Source: Flavobacteriaceae bacterium (GTDB lineage Bacteria > Bacteroidota > Bacteroidia > Flavobacteriales > Flavobacteriaceae). Taken from it: a stretch of 32,000 nt of DNA. Below are positions 15,999 through 25,105 of this stretch, piece after piece. The stretch lies in NCBI GenBank assembly GCA_965224465.1, contig OZ245049.1, positions 2,970,001 through 3,002,000 of the forward strand. Reading direction: 5' to 3'. Every line of letters begins with the position of its first letter. Position 1 is the stretch's first letter. The notes under the pieces were generated by a model. The model was not told the DNA's origin, made no database searches, and was given only the letters and a program-made list of their open reading frames with translations. The translations under genes and the position numbers were made by a program.

Positions 15999-16901
15999 TT
16001 AGTTTTTTTCAGGAGGAGTTCCAGCTTCGTTTATTTTATTGGCAGCTACCAAGCTTGTCACCATATCATTTAACATACTACTTGCTGCATTTGGATTGTT
16101 TGGTAACAGGATTAAGTTACTATTAGTACTTGCCCCTATACTTTGTAAAGTATCGTAATGTTGGGTAATTACAATTAGTGCAGAAGCCTCTTGACTGTTT
16201 ATTCCTGATCTATTTAATACATCCACACTTTCTTCCAAACCACGTGCTATTTCTCTACGTTGATCTGCTATACCCATCCCTTGTAAGCGTTTGCTTTCTG
16301 CTTCAGCTTTGGCACGTTCTACAATTAGAATACGTTGGGCGTCTCCTTCAAATTGAGCTGCTACTTTTTCGCGTTCGGCAGCATTAATACGGTTCATAGC
16401 TTCCTTTACTTGTGAGTCTGGATCTATGTCTGTTACCAATGCTTTTACAATATCGTACCCGTAGTTTAACATGGCATCTTTTAATTCACGTTGGATGGCA
16501 TGTGCAATATCATTTTTTTTAATAAAAACGTCATCGAGCCTCATTTTTGGAACTTCAGCACGCACGGTATCAAATATAAAAGCGGTGATTTGCTCACTTG
16601 GATTTTGTAATTTATAAAAAGCATCATATACTTTTTCTCTTAAAATTTGGAATTGCACCGATATTTTAAGGTGTACAAATACATCGTCAGATGTTTTAGT
16701 TTCAACAATTACATCCAATTGTTGAATTTTTAAACTTACACGTCCAGCAACCCTGTCTACGAGTGGTATTTTAAAGTTTAGTCCTGCTTGGGCTGTTTTT
16801 ATGTATTTTCCAAAACGTTCTACAATTGCTGTAGTTTGTTGTTTGACAATAAAGAATCCTGTAAATAAAATAATTATAACAGGAATAAGAAGATAAATCA
16901 T
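15999..16901 (-). CDS. SPFH/band 7 (stomatin-prohibitin-like) membrane protein
   Basis: N-terminal TM helix, then IVERFGKY...GLNFKIPLVDRV... and a coiled C-terminal region (AEREKVAAQFEGDAQRILIVERAKAEAES). Confidence 0.9.
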   Translation of the reverse strand: MIYLLIPVIIILFTGFFIVKQQTTAIVERFGKYIKTAQAGLNFKIPLVDRVAGRVSLKIQQLDVIVETKTSDDVFVHLKISVQFQILREKVYDAFYKLQNPSEQITAFIFDTVRAEVPKMRLDDVFIKKNDIAHAIQRELKDAMLNYGYDIVKALVTDIDPDSQVKEAMNRINAAEREKVAAQFEGDAQRILIVERAKAEAESKRLQGMGIADQRREIARGLEESVDVLNRSGINSQEASALIVITQHYDTLQSIGASTNSNLILLPNNPNAASSMLNDMVTSLVAANKINEAGTPPEKN

Positions 16902-17015
16902 AGTAATGTATTTAGGTTTATTTAAAAATAATTGAATAAATATACGATTTTTGCTTAACGAGCAATCGATACTTTATAATTATATGTATATTTATCCGAA
17001 CTAATTGTTACAAGA

Positions 17016-17363
17016 ATGCGCAAATTTATTTTTACAAGTGTACTGGTCTTTGTTTTAGGACTGGTTGGATATTTTTTAGTGATTTATTATGTTCCTTATA
17101 GTGAAGGTTTTAGATCAGGGGAGTTGGTAAAAATCACCCATAAGGGATTTTTATTTAAAACATGGGAAGGTGAAATTAGCCAAGGCGTTTCCGAAGCTCA
17201 ACGTTTTAAATTTTCTGTAGAAGATAATCAAAAAAAAGTATTAGAAGACCTTAAGGAATACCAAGGAAAAAATATTAAACTATCATATATAGAACGTTTA
17301 GGTACTTTTTTCTGGTTGGGTGATACCAAATATTTTGTTACTAAAGTGGAGAAAACAGACTAG
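17016..17363 (+). CDS. Conserved hypothetical membrane-anchored protein
   Basis: 115 aa with one N-terminal TM helix. I can assign no function. Confidence 0.6.
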   Translation: MRKFIFTSVLVFVLGLVGYFLVIYYVPYSEGFRSGELVKITHKGFLFKTWEGEISQGVSEAQRFKFSVEDNQKKVLEDLKEYQGKNIKLSYIERLGTFFWLGDTKYFVTKVEKTD

Positions 17364-17404
17364 TTTTTTAGTTTTGAGTAATTGATTCTTGCTGTTTGTT
17401 TGTA

Positions 17405-17450
17405 CATAAATAAACTATTTATATCGGTTATTTTGGATTGTAGTTGGTAT
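17405..17450 (+). repeat. MITE-like element, 3' partial copy abutting a full copy
   Basis: ataaataaactatttatatcggttattttggattgtagttggtat equals the 3' end of the following full unit. Confidence 0.7.
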
Positions 17451-17451
17451 C

Positions 17452-17611
17452 ATACCAAATACATTTCCAAGTGACGGTTTAGAAATTGAATTGTTTTTTG
17501 TTTTAGTTAGGCGAAAAATAGAAGGATAGCTTAGTTATCGTTTTGTTTTTTAACAACGCTAGAACGTAAAATAAACTATTTATATCGGTTATTTTGGATT
17601 GTAGTTGGTAT
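17452..17611 (+). repeat. MITE-like element, full copy (160 bp)
   Basis: Bounded by ataccaaataca and tgtagttggtat, which are inverted with one mismatch. The internal sequence is colinear with 20737-20895. Confidence 0.8.
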
Positions 17612-17670
17612 AAACGATTAGGGAGTTTAAAACTATAATTTTTCAACTAGAAAACGGGATCATATAATTT

Positions 17671-17716
17671 AAAAAATCCGAAGAGGCATCATAAATGATT
17701 TCTCTTCGGATTTTTT
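17671..17716 (-). terminator. Hairpin terminator immediately after the MATE stop (probably bidirectional)
   Basis: aaaaaatccgaagag (17671-17685) pairs with ctcttcggatttttt (17702-17716). A/T runs lie on both sides. Confidence 0.7.
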
Positions 17717-17717
17717 A

Positions 17718-18948
17718 TTAAAATTTTTGGAGTAGGTATTTGTACCGTAATTGAAAAAGAATGGAACAAATAGCCAGGCCTACTGGGAAACCAAACCAGA
17801 TGCCTACAGGGCCAAAACCCCAAATAAATGTACATGCATAACTAAATGGGAGTGAGATTATAAAATAAGATATAAAGGTAATTACTGCTGGAATCTTGGC
17901 ATCAGCTAAACCTCTTAAAGTACCAGATAGTATTATTTGAATACCATCTAGCACTTGCATTAGACCACATACTATTAACATTTGACCTGCTAATTTTATG
18001 ACTACAGGATCTGTGGTAAATAGGTGAGGAAGCATGGTACGTCCACCTAAATATAGGATCACAGAAAAGGTACAATAGATATACATTAGATGCATGGACG
18101 TTTTGGTGATTCTAATAATTCCATTTTTATCATTTACTCCTTTATAATGGCTCACACGGATGGTTGTACCTGCTCCCAATCCCTGATAAATCATAAACCC
18201 TAAGGTAGAGAGTGAAATGGCTATTTGGTGAGCTGCCATTCCTGTTTCGTTTACCCATCCCATCATGATAGCACACAATCCAAAAGCAGATGCTTCCATT
18301 ACAATTTGCCCTCCTAATGACATTCCTAATTTTACAACTTGCATGAATTTAAGCCAACAAAATTCACTTTTTTGAACTAGTTTTTTATATAAATTATATT
18401 TTTTGTTATTATAAAATAAGAATATAAAAGCAGCCGCCATAAATATTCTTGCAAGTAACGTTCCAATTCCAGCTCCAGAAAGTCCCATTGCAGGTATGCC
18501 TATTTTACCATACATAAACAGGTAATTACCTATAATATTTATCAGATTTGCCCAAAGCATAATTTTCATAGCTGTTTTTGTATCCCCAATTCCTTCTGCA
18601 AATTGTTTATAGGCATAAAAAACCATCATTGGAAATACGGAAGTGATAAGGATTGCTAAATAGTCTTGTGAAGGTTTTAGTACAGCTATTGGTTGCCTCA
18701 TATAAGGGGTTAGTAAGTACAAACCGATTAATACCAATACTAAGATAAGTCCCATAAAGATATTTGCTAGTAGTCCATTTTTAATCCAAGATCCAATTGC
18801 ATAATTGTCTTTTTCTCCCCAGCTTTTACCTATTAAAGGTGTAAGTGCAAATGAATACCCCATTCCAAAAATTAAAATAAGATTAAAAATGGTATTGCTA
18901 AAAGAGGCTGCTGCAAAATTGGTGGTCCCCAGTTGTCCAATCATTATA
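17718..18948 (-). pseudogene. MATE family efflux transporter, C-terminal 410 codons (gene split by IS insertion)
   Basis: A 12-TM-like hydrophobic protein. Removing the IS and one TSD copy joins it in frame to 20528-20637, giving a 446-aa protein: MTNFWNKNSSEYKKTLSLSIPVIIAQAGQITVGLIDNIMIGQLGTTNFAAASF... Confidence 0.85.
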
Positions 18949-18955
18949 TTATCTA
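18949..18955. repeat. Target site duplication (left) ttatcta
   Basis: An identical 7-mer occurs at 20528-20534, directly outside the two IS terminal repeats. Confidence 0.85.
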
Positions 18956-20527
18956 CTCAAGTTTCGCACCCATCATTTACAGGTGTTTAAGTAAAAATAA
19001 ATAGCATGAAAACCAAGGTAATCCCCTGGTTTTATTGTACTTTTAAGTACGAACAAGAAAGTACAAAACATGCTAGAACACGAAGATATCACAAAAACAC
19101 AGGAGATAAAAGGAAAATTTAATAAGATTTGGCTTAGTTCAGAATACCTACAAGCACATCTAAATATTTTAGGATTCAATAAAATTAAAAACAAGTTTAG
19201 TTGGTGTAAGAAATCGGGGATTTCATTCGGTAATTTAATCTCTACACTTTTAATTTTACCTATTATCGGATTTGATTCTATTCATGGACTTACAAGTAGT
19301 AAAGACAAGGGATTAGGTCAGTCGGGTAAAGATTCATACTATCGAATCCTAGCAAATCAAAAGATAAATTGGAGGGTTTTTCTAGCTCAGTTTGTGAAGC
19401 AATATCTATTAAAAGAAGAGTTCTTTACTCCATCTCAAGACGCTACAAAGTGCTTGATCTTTGACGATACTGATCTTTCTAAAACAGGAAAGACAATTGA
19501 AGGTGTTTCAAAAATATACAACCATGTGTCAAAAACGTATTACCTAGGCTTTAAGCTACTTGTAGCTGGTTATTGGAATGGAAGTGTATTTATCCCTGTT
19601 GACTTTAGTTTGCATCGTGAAAGTAAAACATCAAAATTAAAATACGGTCTAACGGCGAAGCAACGTAGGCTTCAAAAGAAAACTCCAAGATGTAGTAAAA
19701 CAATTGCAGCAAAGAGGTATCAGGAACTCAATAAAAAGAAAACAGACCTGCTAGTTCAAATGTTCTCAAGGCTTGTAAAACGTAAAATCCCCATAGATTA
19801 CATCTTAATAGACACCTGGTTTACAAGTGTTAAATTACTTAGAAAGCTACGGAACATTAGTAGTTCAACTCATATTATTGGGATGTATAAATACAACAGT
19901 AAGATTGAAGTTCGATCAAAGATAAAAACGTTGTCACAACTCAAAAAACAGAAAATAAAACCAAAACGATGCCGTAAATTCAATTATTACTACCATCATT
20001 ACATAACTGAAATTGATGGTCTTAAGGTTGCTGTATTTATTTCAAAACGTGGAAAGAATGGCAAATGGCACACGTTAATATCAACGGATACAACACTGAA
20101 ATTTGTAAAGGCTATTGAAATATACAGTATCAGATGGTCCATAGAAGTGTTTTTTAAAGAAGCTAAGCAGTTGTTTGGTCTTGGAAAATGTCAGTCTACT
20201 AATTTCGATATTCAAATCGCACAAATAAGCATTATAATGGTTCAATATTTACTCACCAGTATTCGATATAGAATGGAAGCCTACGAAACTATAGGAGGCT
20301 TGTTTAAAGATTTAAAACAAGATTATATAGAGAATAAGCTAAACATCAGGATATTAGCAGTTATCAGCTTGGTGATTGACATTTTGGAAAAGATGATTGA
20401 ATCTATTGATGTTGAAATGGTTACACGTAAAATAATAGCGAATATTGAAGATTTTGGATTCCTAGTGAATATCCACAAGCTTAACTATCAAGAGGTTGCG
20501 TAAATCTATCTAAGTGCGAAACTTGAG
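18956..20527 (+). mobile_element. IS4-family-like insertion sequence, full copy (1572 bp)
   Basis: Perfect 14-bp terminal inverted repeats: ctcaagtttcgcac at 18956-18969 and gtgcgaaacttgag at 20514-20527. Flanked by the 7-bp direct repeat ttatcta. Contains a single DDE transposase ORF. Confidence 0.9.
19070..20503 (+). CDS. IS4-family DDE transposase
   Basis: 477 aa. Candidate catalytic residues lie in LIFDDTDL, ILIDTWF and YSIRWSIEVFFKEAK, the last being the Y-2-R-3-E-6-K motif characteristic of IS4-type transposases. Confidence 0.8.
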   Translation: MLEHEDITKTQEIKGKFNKIWLSSEYLQAHLNILGFNKIKNKFSWCKKSGISFGNLISTLLILPIIGFDSIHGLTSSKDKGLGQSGKDSYYRILANQKINWRVFLAQFVKQYLLKEEFFTPSQDATKCLIFDDTDLSKTGKTIEGVSKIYNHVSKTYYLGFKLLVAGYWNGSVFIPVDFSLHRESKTSKLKYGLTAKQRRLQKKTPRCSKTIAAKRYQELNKKKTDLLVQMFSRLVKRKIPIDYILIDTWFTSVKLLRKLRNISSSTHIIGMYKYNSKIEVRSKIKTLSQLKKQKIKPKRCRKFNYYYHHYITEIDGLKVAVFISKRGKNGKWHTLISTDTTLKFVKAIEIYSIRWSIEVFFKEAKQLFGLGKCQSTNFDIQIAQISIIMVQYLLTSIRYRMEAYETIGGLFKDLKQDYIENKLNIRILAVISLVIDILEKMIESIDVEMVTRKIIANIEDFGFLVNIHKLNYQEVA

Positions 20528-20534
20528 TTATCTA
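20528..20534. repeat. Target site duplication (right) ttatcta
   Basis: See 18949-18955. Confidence 0.85.
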
Positions 20535-20637
20535 TTAACCCAACAGTAATTTGGCCTGCCTGGGCTATAATTACAGGGATGCTTAGTGACAGTGTTTTTT
20601 TGTATTCACTGCTGTTTTTATTCCAAAAATTAGTCAT
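20528..20637 (-). pseudogene. MATE family efflux transporter, N-terminal 36 codons
   Basis: ATG at 20637-20635. Reads MTNFWNKNSSEYKKTLSLSIPVIIAQAGQITVGLID-, continuing in frame at 18948. Confidence 0.8.
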
Positions 20638-20651
20638 TTTTTATTTTTTAT

Positions 20652-20683
20652 AATAACTGTATACAAGGCTGTACACAGTTATT
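20652..20683. promoter_or_regulatory. 14-4-14 palindrome 15 nt upstream of the MATE start; candidate operator
   Basis: aataactgtataca aggc tgtacacagttatt, with one mismatch between the arms. Confidence 0.35.
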
Positions 20684-20736
20684 TAGTCGTACTTTAAAAA
20701 GTTGAAAATTGATACATGTGTTTGTACCAATAGTTA

Positions 20737-20895
20737 CACCAATTACATTTCCAAGTGAAGGTTTAGAAATAGAATTATTTTTTGTTTTAGCTAGGCGGAA
20801 AATCTAAGGATAACCTTAGCTATCGTTCTATTTTTCAACAACGCTAGAACATAAAATAAACTATTTATATCGGTCATTTTGGATTGTAATTGGTG
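20737..20895 (+). repeat. MITE-like element, full copy, first of a tandem pair
   Basis: Perfect 11-bp terminal inverted repeats caccaattaca / tgtaattggtg. 159 bp long. Separated from the next copy by tta. Confidence 0.85.
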
Positions 20896-20898
20896 TTA

Positions 20899-21057
20899 CA
20901 CCAATTACATTTCCAAGTGAAGGTTTAAAAATAGAATTATTTTTTGTTTTAGCTAGGCGGAAAATCTAAGGATAGCCTTAGTTATCGTTCTATTTTTCAA
21001 CAACGCTAGAACATAAAACAAACTATTTATATCGGTCATTTTGGATTGTAATTGGTG
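20899..21057 (+). repeat. MITE-like element, full copy, second of a tandem pair
   Basis: Same termini as the first copy, with only a few substitutions relative to 20737-20895 (period 162 bp). Confidence 0.85.
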
Positions 21058-21304
21058 TTATTTATGTAAGGCGCTAATTGCCCTCATAGCATGGCTTAAA
21101 ATTCCATCTTAAATTTATACATTATGAATAAAGAAGCAGGGGAAATATTTTTTTGAAGATATTGTTAAGGTTATAGTATTTAAATTAGTATTGTTTTTTT
21201 AAAAGGTGTTTTTAAAAAATAGAGGGTATATTTCTATAAGAAATGGCATCTTATCTAAGCGTGGGGTATCCATAAAGAAAACAGCAAATAAATTAATAAA
21301 AAAC

Positions 21305-21348
21305 ATAAACCAAGTATAAAACACAGCTGTATTTTATACTTGGTTTAT
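21305..21348. terminator. 44-bp near-perfect palindrome downstream of gltX (candidate bidirectional terminator)
   Basis: ataaaccaagtataaaacacag | ctgtattttatacttggtttat. Arms are 22 nt with one mismatch. Confidence 0.4.
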
Positions 21349-21478
21349 ATTATGTAATTATTTTTAGCGAAAAAAAAGTAAGTAATTATACTTGTCTCTA
21401 ACAGTTCTAAGTTCTATTTTTAAGAATAATGCTAGTTTTTTCAGGCTTAAGGTGACAGTATGTATTAATTACGCACTA

Positions 21479-22996
21479 CTAGCTCAAGTTGTCAATTGCA
21501 AACTGCAACCTAGTTAGGGTTTCTTTTTTTCCTATCATGGCAGCAATATCGAATAAATGTGGTCCTTTTAGAGCACCAACAAGGCTCAGTCGGAAGGGTT
21601 GCATAACTTTTCCAAAACCAATTTCTTTACTGGTAATCCAAGCTTTTACGTCTGTTTCTATGTTTTCAGAAGAGAAATCATCTATTTTATTAATTTCTGA
21701 AATCAATTCTTGCATCAAAGCAGGTGTTCCTTCTTTCCATTGTTTTTTACTTGCTTTGGCATCAAACTGGGATGGATTGGCAAAAAAGAAATCACTTAAC
21801 CCCCAAAAATCGTGTACAAATACGGCACGTTCTTTAATAAGTCCAACAACTTTTTCTATATAGTCAGCATTGGTAGTAATTCCTTTCGCTGTAAGAATTG
21901 GAGTGTATAAAGCTGCTAAATCAGCATTTGATTTTTGCTGCATATACTGTTGGTTAAACCATTCCGTTTTTTCTTTATTAAATTTAGCACCACTTTTACT
22001 CACACGTTCTAAGCTAAAGTCTGCAATTAATTCTTCCAAATTAAAGAGTTCTTGTTCTGTACCAGGATTCCATCCTAAAAATGCCAACATATTGATAAAA
22101 GCATCGTTAAAATATCCGTCTTCTCGGTAACCTTTGCTTACAATTCCAGTAGTTTCGTTTGTGTATTCTAATGGGAATACAGGGAAGCCTAATTTATCAC
22201 CGTCTCGTTTGCTTAATTTTCCTTTACCTACAGGTTTTAAAATTAATGGTAAATGTGCAAATTCTGGAGATTCCCATCCAAATGCTTCGTATAATAAAAT
22301 ATGTAATGGCATAGATGGTAACCATTCTTCTCCACGAATTACGTGGCTTATTTCCATCAAGTGATCATCAACAATGTTTGCTAAATGATAGGTAGGCATC
22401 CCATCACTTTTAAATAATATTTTATCGTCTAAAACATTTGTATCAATTTTAATCTCCCCACGAATCATGTCTTTCATTTGCAAAATTCGATCGGTAGGTG
22501 ATTTAAAACGCACCACAAATTTAGCTCCATTTTCTAAGCGTTTACTTACTTCATCAGCTGATAAAGTTAATGAATTGTCTAGTTTTAAACGGTTGTGATG
22601 GTTGTAGATAAACGTTTTACCTTTTTCTTCATGATCTTTTCTATGAGCATCAAGGGCTTCGGTCGTATCAAATGCATAATAAGCATTTCCAGAATTGATT
22701 AAATCGTGGATGTGTTTTTTGTAAATTTCCTTACGTTCAGATTGACGGTAAGGACCAAATTTTTCGTTGCGGTTTATACCTTCATCAAAAGGAATTCCAC
22801 ACCAATCTAGCGCATCTACAATATACTGCTCGGCATTGGCAACATAGCGTGTTTGATCCGTGTCTTCGATGCGTAATACAAAGGTTCCGTTGTGCTTTTT
22901 AGCAAATAAATAATTGAATAATGCGGTGCGAACCCCACCTATATGTAAAGGTCCTGTTGGGCTTGGTGCAAAACGAACACGAACATTTGATGCCAT
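21479..22996 (-). CDS. gltX: Glutamate--tRNA ligase
   Basis: MASNVRVRFAPSPTGPLHIGGVRTALFNYLFA... (HIGH region) and ...GKLSKRDG (KMSKS-like). The start at 22996 is preferred because a -7 box sits inside the longer track ORF. Confidence 0.93.
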   Translation of the reverse strand: MASNVRVRFAPSPTGPLHIGGVRTALFNYLFAKKHNGTFVLRIEDTDQTRYVANAEQYIVDALDWCGIPFDEGINRNEKFGPYRQSERKEIYKKHIHDLINSGNAYYAFDTTEALDAHRKDHEEKGKTFIYNHHNRLKLDNSLTLSADEVSKRLENGAKFVVRFKSPTDRILQMKDMIRGEIKIDTNVLDDKILFKSDGMPTYHLANIVDDHLMEISHVIRGEEWLPSMPLHILLYEAFGWESPEFAHLPLILKPVGKGKLSKRDGDKLGFPVFPLEYTNETTGIVSKGYREDGYFNDAFINMLAFLGWNPGTEQELFNLEELIADFSLERVSKSGAKFNKEKTEWFNQQYMQQKSNADLAALYTPILTAKGITTNADYIEKVVGLIKERAVFVHDFWGLSDFFFANPSQFDAKASKKQWKEGTPALMQELISEINKIDDFSSENIETDVKAWITSKEIGFGKVMQPFRLSLVGALKGPHLFDIAAMIGKKETLTRLQFAIDNLS

Positions 22997-23015
22997 AATT
23001 GTATATTTTTTTTTG

Positions 23016-23023
23016 CAAATATA
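23016..23023 (-). promoter_or_regulatory. Bacteroidota -7 box (TAnnTTTG) for gltX
   Basis: The reverse complement reads tatatttg, 19 nt upstream of the ATG at 22996. Confidence 0.4.
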
Positions 23024-23276
23024 AATGTTCAAACTCAGAAAAATGCACTAGAATAAAATATTGTCCGAATTAATAGTTAAGAGTTGTTCTAAAAGGATCT
23101 ATTTAAGATAGTTTTATAAAAATAGAAATGGTTGTTTTTATAAAAAAAACAACCATTCTCTCAATCAATCAAACAATTTAACTTATAAATAAGTACGCCT
23201 CTGAAGACCGGAAATCCGCAGCGTAAATACTATTTATAATCGGGTGCAAATGAAACAAATACTAACCGCTTGTAGA

Positions 23277-23297
23277 CGGGGAAATACCCCCTTTTTT
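23277..23297 (+). terminator. Small GC hairpin plus T6 in the gltX-divergent intergenic region
   Basis: cgggg aaata ccccc tttttt. No annotated plus-strand gene lies upstream. Confidence 0.35.
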
Positions 23298-23349
23298 ACC
23301 CCGTAAATCCCCTGTTTTAAAAACTAAACTACAGTGAGTTAGTTGTTTG

Positions 23350-23382
23350 TTGATTAAAGAATATCGTCTAATTTTATTTTTG
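23350..23382 (+). promoter_or_regulatory. Candidate promoter (TTG, 22-nt spacer, TAttTTTG) of the four-gene sensor operon
   Basis: ttg at 23350-23352 and tatttttg at 23375-23382, 55 nt upstream of the ATG at 23437. Confidence 0.35.
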
Positions 23383-23436
23383 TTGCTTGTCTTGTAATAA
23401 TTACTAATTTTAACATATTTTTTTTAAATATTATTA

Positions 23437-23652
23437 ATGGAAATAAACATAGCAAATGGGTTGATAAGTTCTTTTCAAGAAACAGCAATGATTGAGGAAT
23501 TTAGAGAAACACGTTCTAAAAAGCGCCACAATATTATGATGAGATTGACATATAATAGAGAGGGAAAAGATGCTTGTTGTACTGGGTTTGCTATTGGAGA
23601 AATAGAATCGTTGCATGCTAGTGTTCTAGCTTGTACACCAAAACCATATTAA
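23437..23652 (+). CDS. Small hypothetical protein (71 aa, Cys-containing C-terminus)
   Basis: The ORF stops 4 nt before the next ATG, suggesting translationally coupled operon architecture. I recognise no domain. Confidence 0.35.
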   Translation: MEINIANGLISSFQETAMIEEFRETRSKKRHNIMMRLTYNREGKDACCTGFAIGEIESLHASVLACTPKPY

Positions 23653-23656
23653 AAAG

Positions 23657-24283
23657 ATGTTTCATTTTTTGTCTCCCATATTAATTTTTTCGACATTGAT
23701 TGTAGGAATTATTAATATTGAAAAAATTAGAGGGAAAAAGATTTTTCCTTTATTGTATTTTTTAGCTTTTAGTGGTATGGTAGAAATTGTGGGGGCGTTA
23801 ATTTTGAAATTTTCAGGACTAAAACCTTTTTTTGTATAGAACACTTATTTTTTGGTCAGTATTCTTTTTTATAATTATTTATTTAGAAACTATTTGAATT
23901 CAGAGAAGAAAAAAAAAACACTCCATATATTGACTACAGGTTTTGTAGTGTTTGTAATAGGAAATCATTTTTTGAAACAAGATTATTATGAAACGTTTCA
24001 ATCATATAATATTATATACATCGGTTTTTTTGTGATTATTTCCGTTGTTTCATATTATATCGAAAGTCTAAATTCTGATAAAGTTTTGTATGCACAAGAG
24101 AGTTTGTTATTTTGGGTTAGTTTGGGCTTGTTACTTTTTCAGGTAGGAATTATTCCTATTTTTATCTTTTTAAATTTCCTAAATTTTTCAGGCTTATATG
24201 ATTATATATTACTTACTTTAAACTTTGTATTATATGGATGTATGATTACGGGGTTTATAATAAGTAAAAGAGCACATAATTAA
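23657..24283 (+). pseudogene. Multi-pass membrane protein upstream of the histidine kinase, with in-frame TAG
   Basis: Track ORFs 23657-23839 and 23852-24283 are in the same frame and are separated only by TAG at 23837-23839 (...LKPFFV*NTYFLVSILFYNYLF...). Hydrophobic helices occur throughout. Confidence 0.6.
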
Positions 24284-24286
24284 GCG

Positions 24287-25096
24287 ATGCGAAACGAAAA
24301 AGAAGTAGAATTATTAGTATTGGTAACTACAGTTATTGTCTTATTACTAGGTGTTATAGTAGTGGTATTGTTTTCTTTTTTTCAAAAGAAGAAGGCAAGA
24401 TATATAACGAGTCAACTAATTATGAAACAGCAGTTTGAAGAAGAATTAACGAAATCTAAAATTGAAATTAGAGAACAGGCTCTGCAAAATATAAGTTGGG
24501 AAATTCATGATAATGTAGGGCAATTATTATCAGTTGCAAGGATGCAATTGAATATTGTAGAGGCTAGTTTACCAGAAAAGCAACAAGAAAAAATTGCAGA
24601 AACCAATGCGTTGATAGGAAATAGTTTACAAGAGTTACGCAGCTTGGCAAAGACATTAAACCCACAAGTTATAAGAAATTTGGGATTGGTGGAGTCTATA
24701 TATTTAGAAATGGCGCGTTTTAATAAATTAAATTTTATAAAAGCGGGTGTGACAGTTATAAACAAACCTTTGGTTATTCAGATAAACCATGAAATTATAC
24801 TTTTTAGAATAATTCAGGAGTTTTGTAATAACTCGCTAAAATATTCTAAAGGAAGTAATTTGAATGTTGAATTGTTGTATTCAAAAGATTCACTTCAAAT
24901 TACAGCCCAAGATGATGGTATAGGCTTTGACGTCAAAGGCAAAAAGGAACAATTAGGAATAGGATTAATAAATATGAAAAGTCGTTCTGAATTAATTCAC
25001 GCTGATTTAGAATTAACTTCAGAATTAGGAAAAGGAACAATGTTAAATATAAAATACAAGTTACCAAGATTTGTATTGGAAAATTTTAATAGTTAA
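24287..25096 (+). CDS. Sensor histidine kinase (HisKA_3 / NarL-partner type)
   Basis: One N-terminal TM helix, an H-box ISWEIHDNVGQLLS, and an HATPase region DDGIGF...GIGLINMKSR...GKGTML. Confidence 0.88.
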   Translation: MRNEKEVELLVLVTTVIVLLLGVIVVVLFSFFQKKKARYITSQLIMKQQFEEELTKSKIEIREQALQNISWEIHDNVGQLLSVARMQLNIVEASLPEKQQEKIAETNALIGNSLQELRSLAKTLNPQVIRNLGLVESIYLEMARFNKLNFIKAGVTVINKPLVIQINHEIILFRIIQEFCNNSLKYSKGSNLNVELLYSKDSLQITAQDDGIGFDVKGKKEQLGIGLINMKSRSELIHADLELTSELGKGTMLNIKYKLPRFVLENFNS

Positions 25097-25105
25097 AATA
25101 TAAAA

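Noticed and set aside
20737-21057. Tandem 162-bp-period repeats as a CRISPR array
   Set aside because: The repeat units are about 159 bp with only a 3-nt spacer. They have inverted termini and are dispersed singly elsewhere. No cas genes are present.
21489-22364. Three plus-strand ORFs (21489-21863, 21870-22130, 22134-22364)
   Set aside because: They lie entirely antisense to the well-supported gltX gene. Their sequences are low-complexity and they show no recognisable motifs.
23127-23157. 13-bp-stem hairpin (aatggttgttttt / aaaaacaaccatt) as a terminator
   Set aside because: It lies between divergently transcribed genes, and no gene reads into it on either strand. It may be regulatory, but I have no evidence for that.
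494-23839. Stop-codon reassignment or programmed readthrough as the explanation for the many in-frame stops
   Set aside because: All three stop codons occur among the lesions (TAA, TGA, TAG). All three also terminate clearly intact genes in the window: TAA ends rnr and the S8 peptidase, TAG ends gltX, and TGA ends the response regulator. A frameshift and deletions accompany the stops, so decay or sequencing error is more parsimonious.
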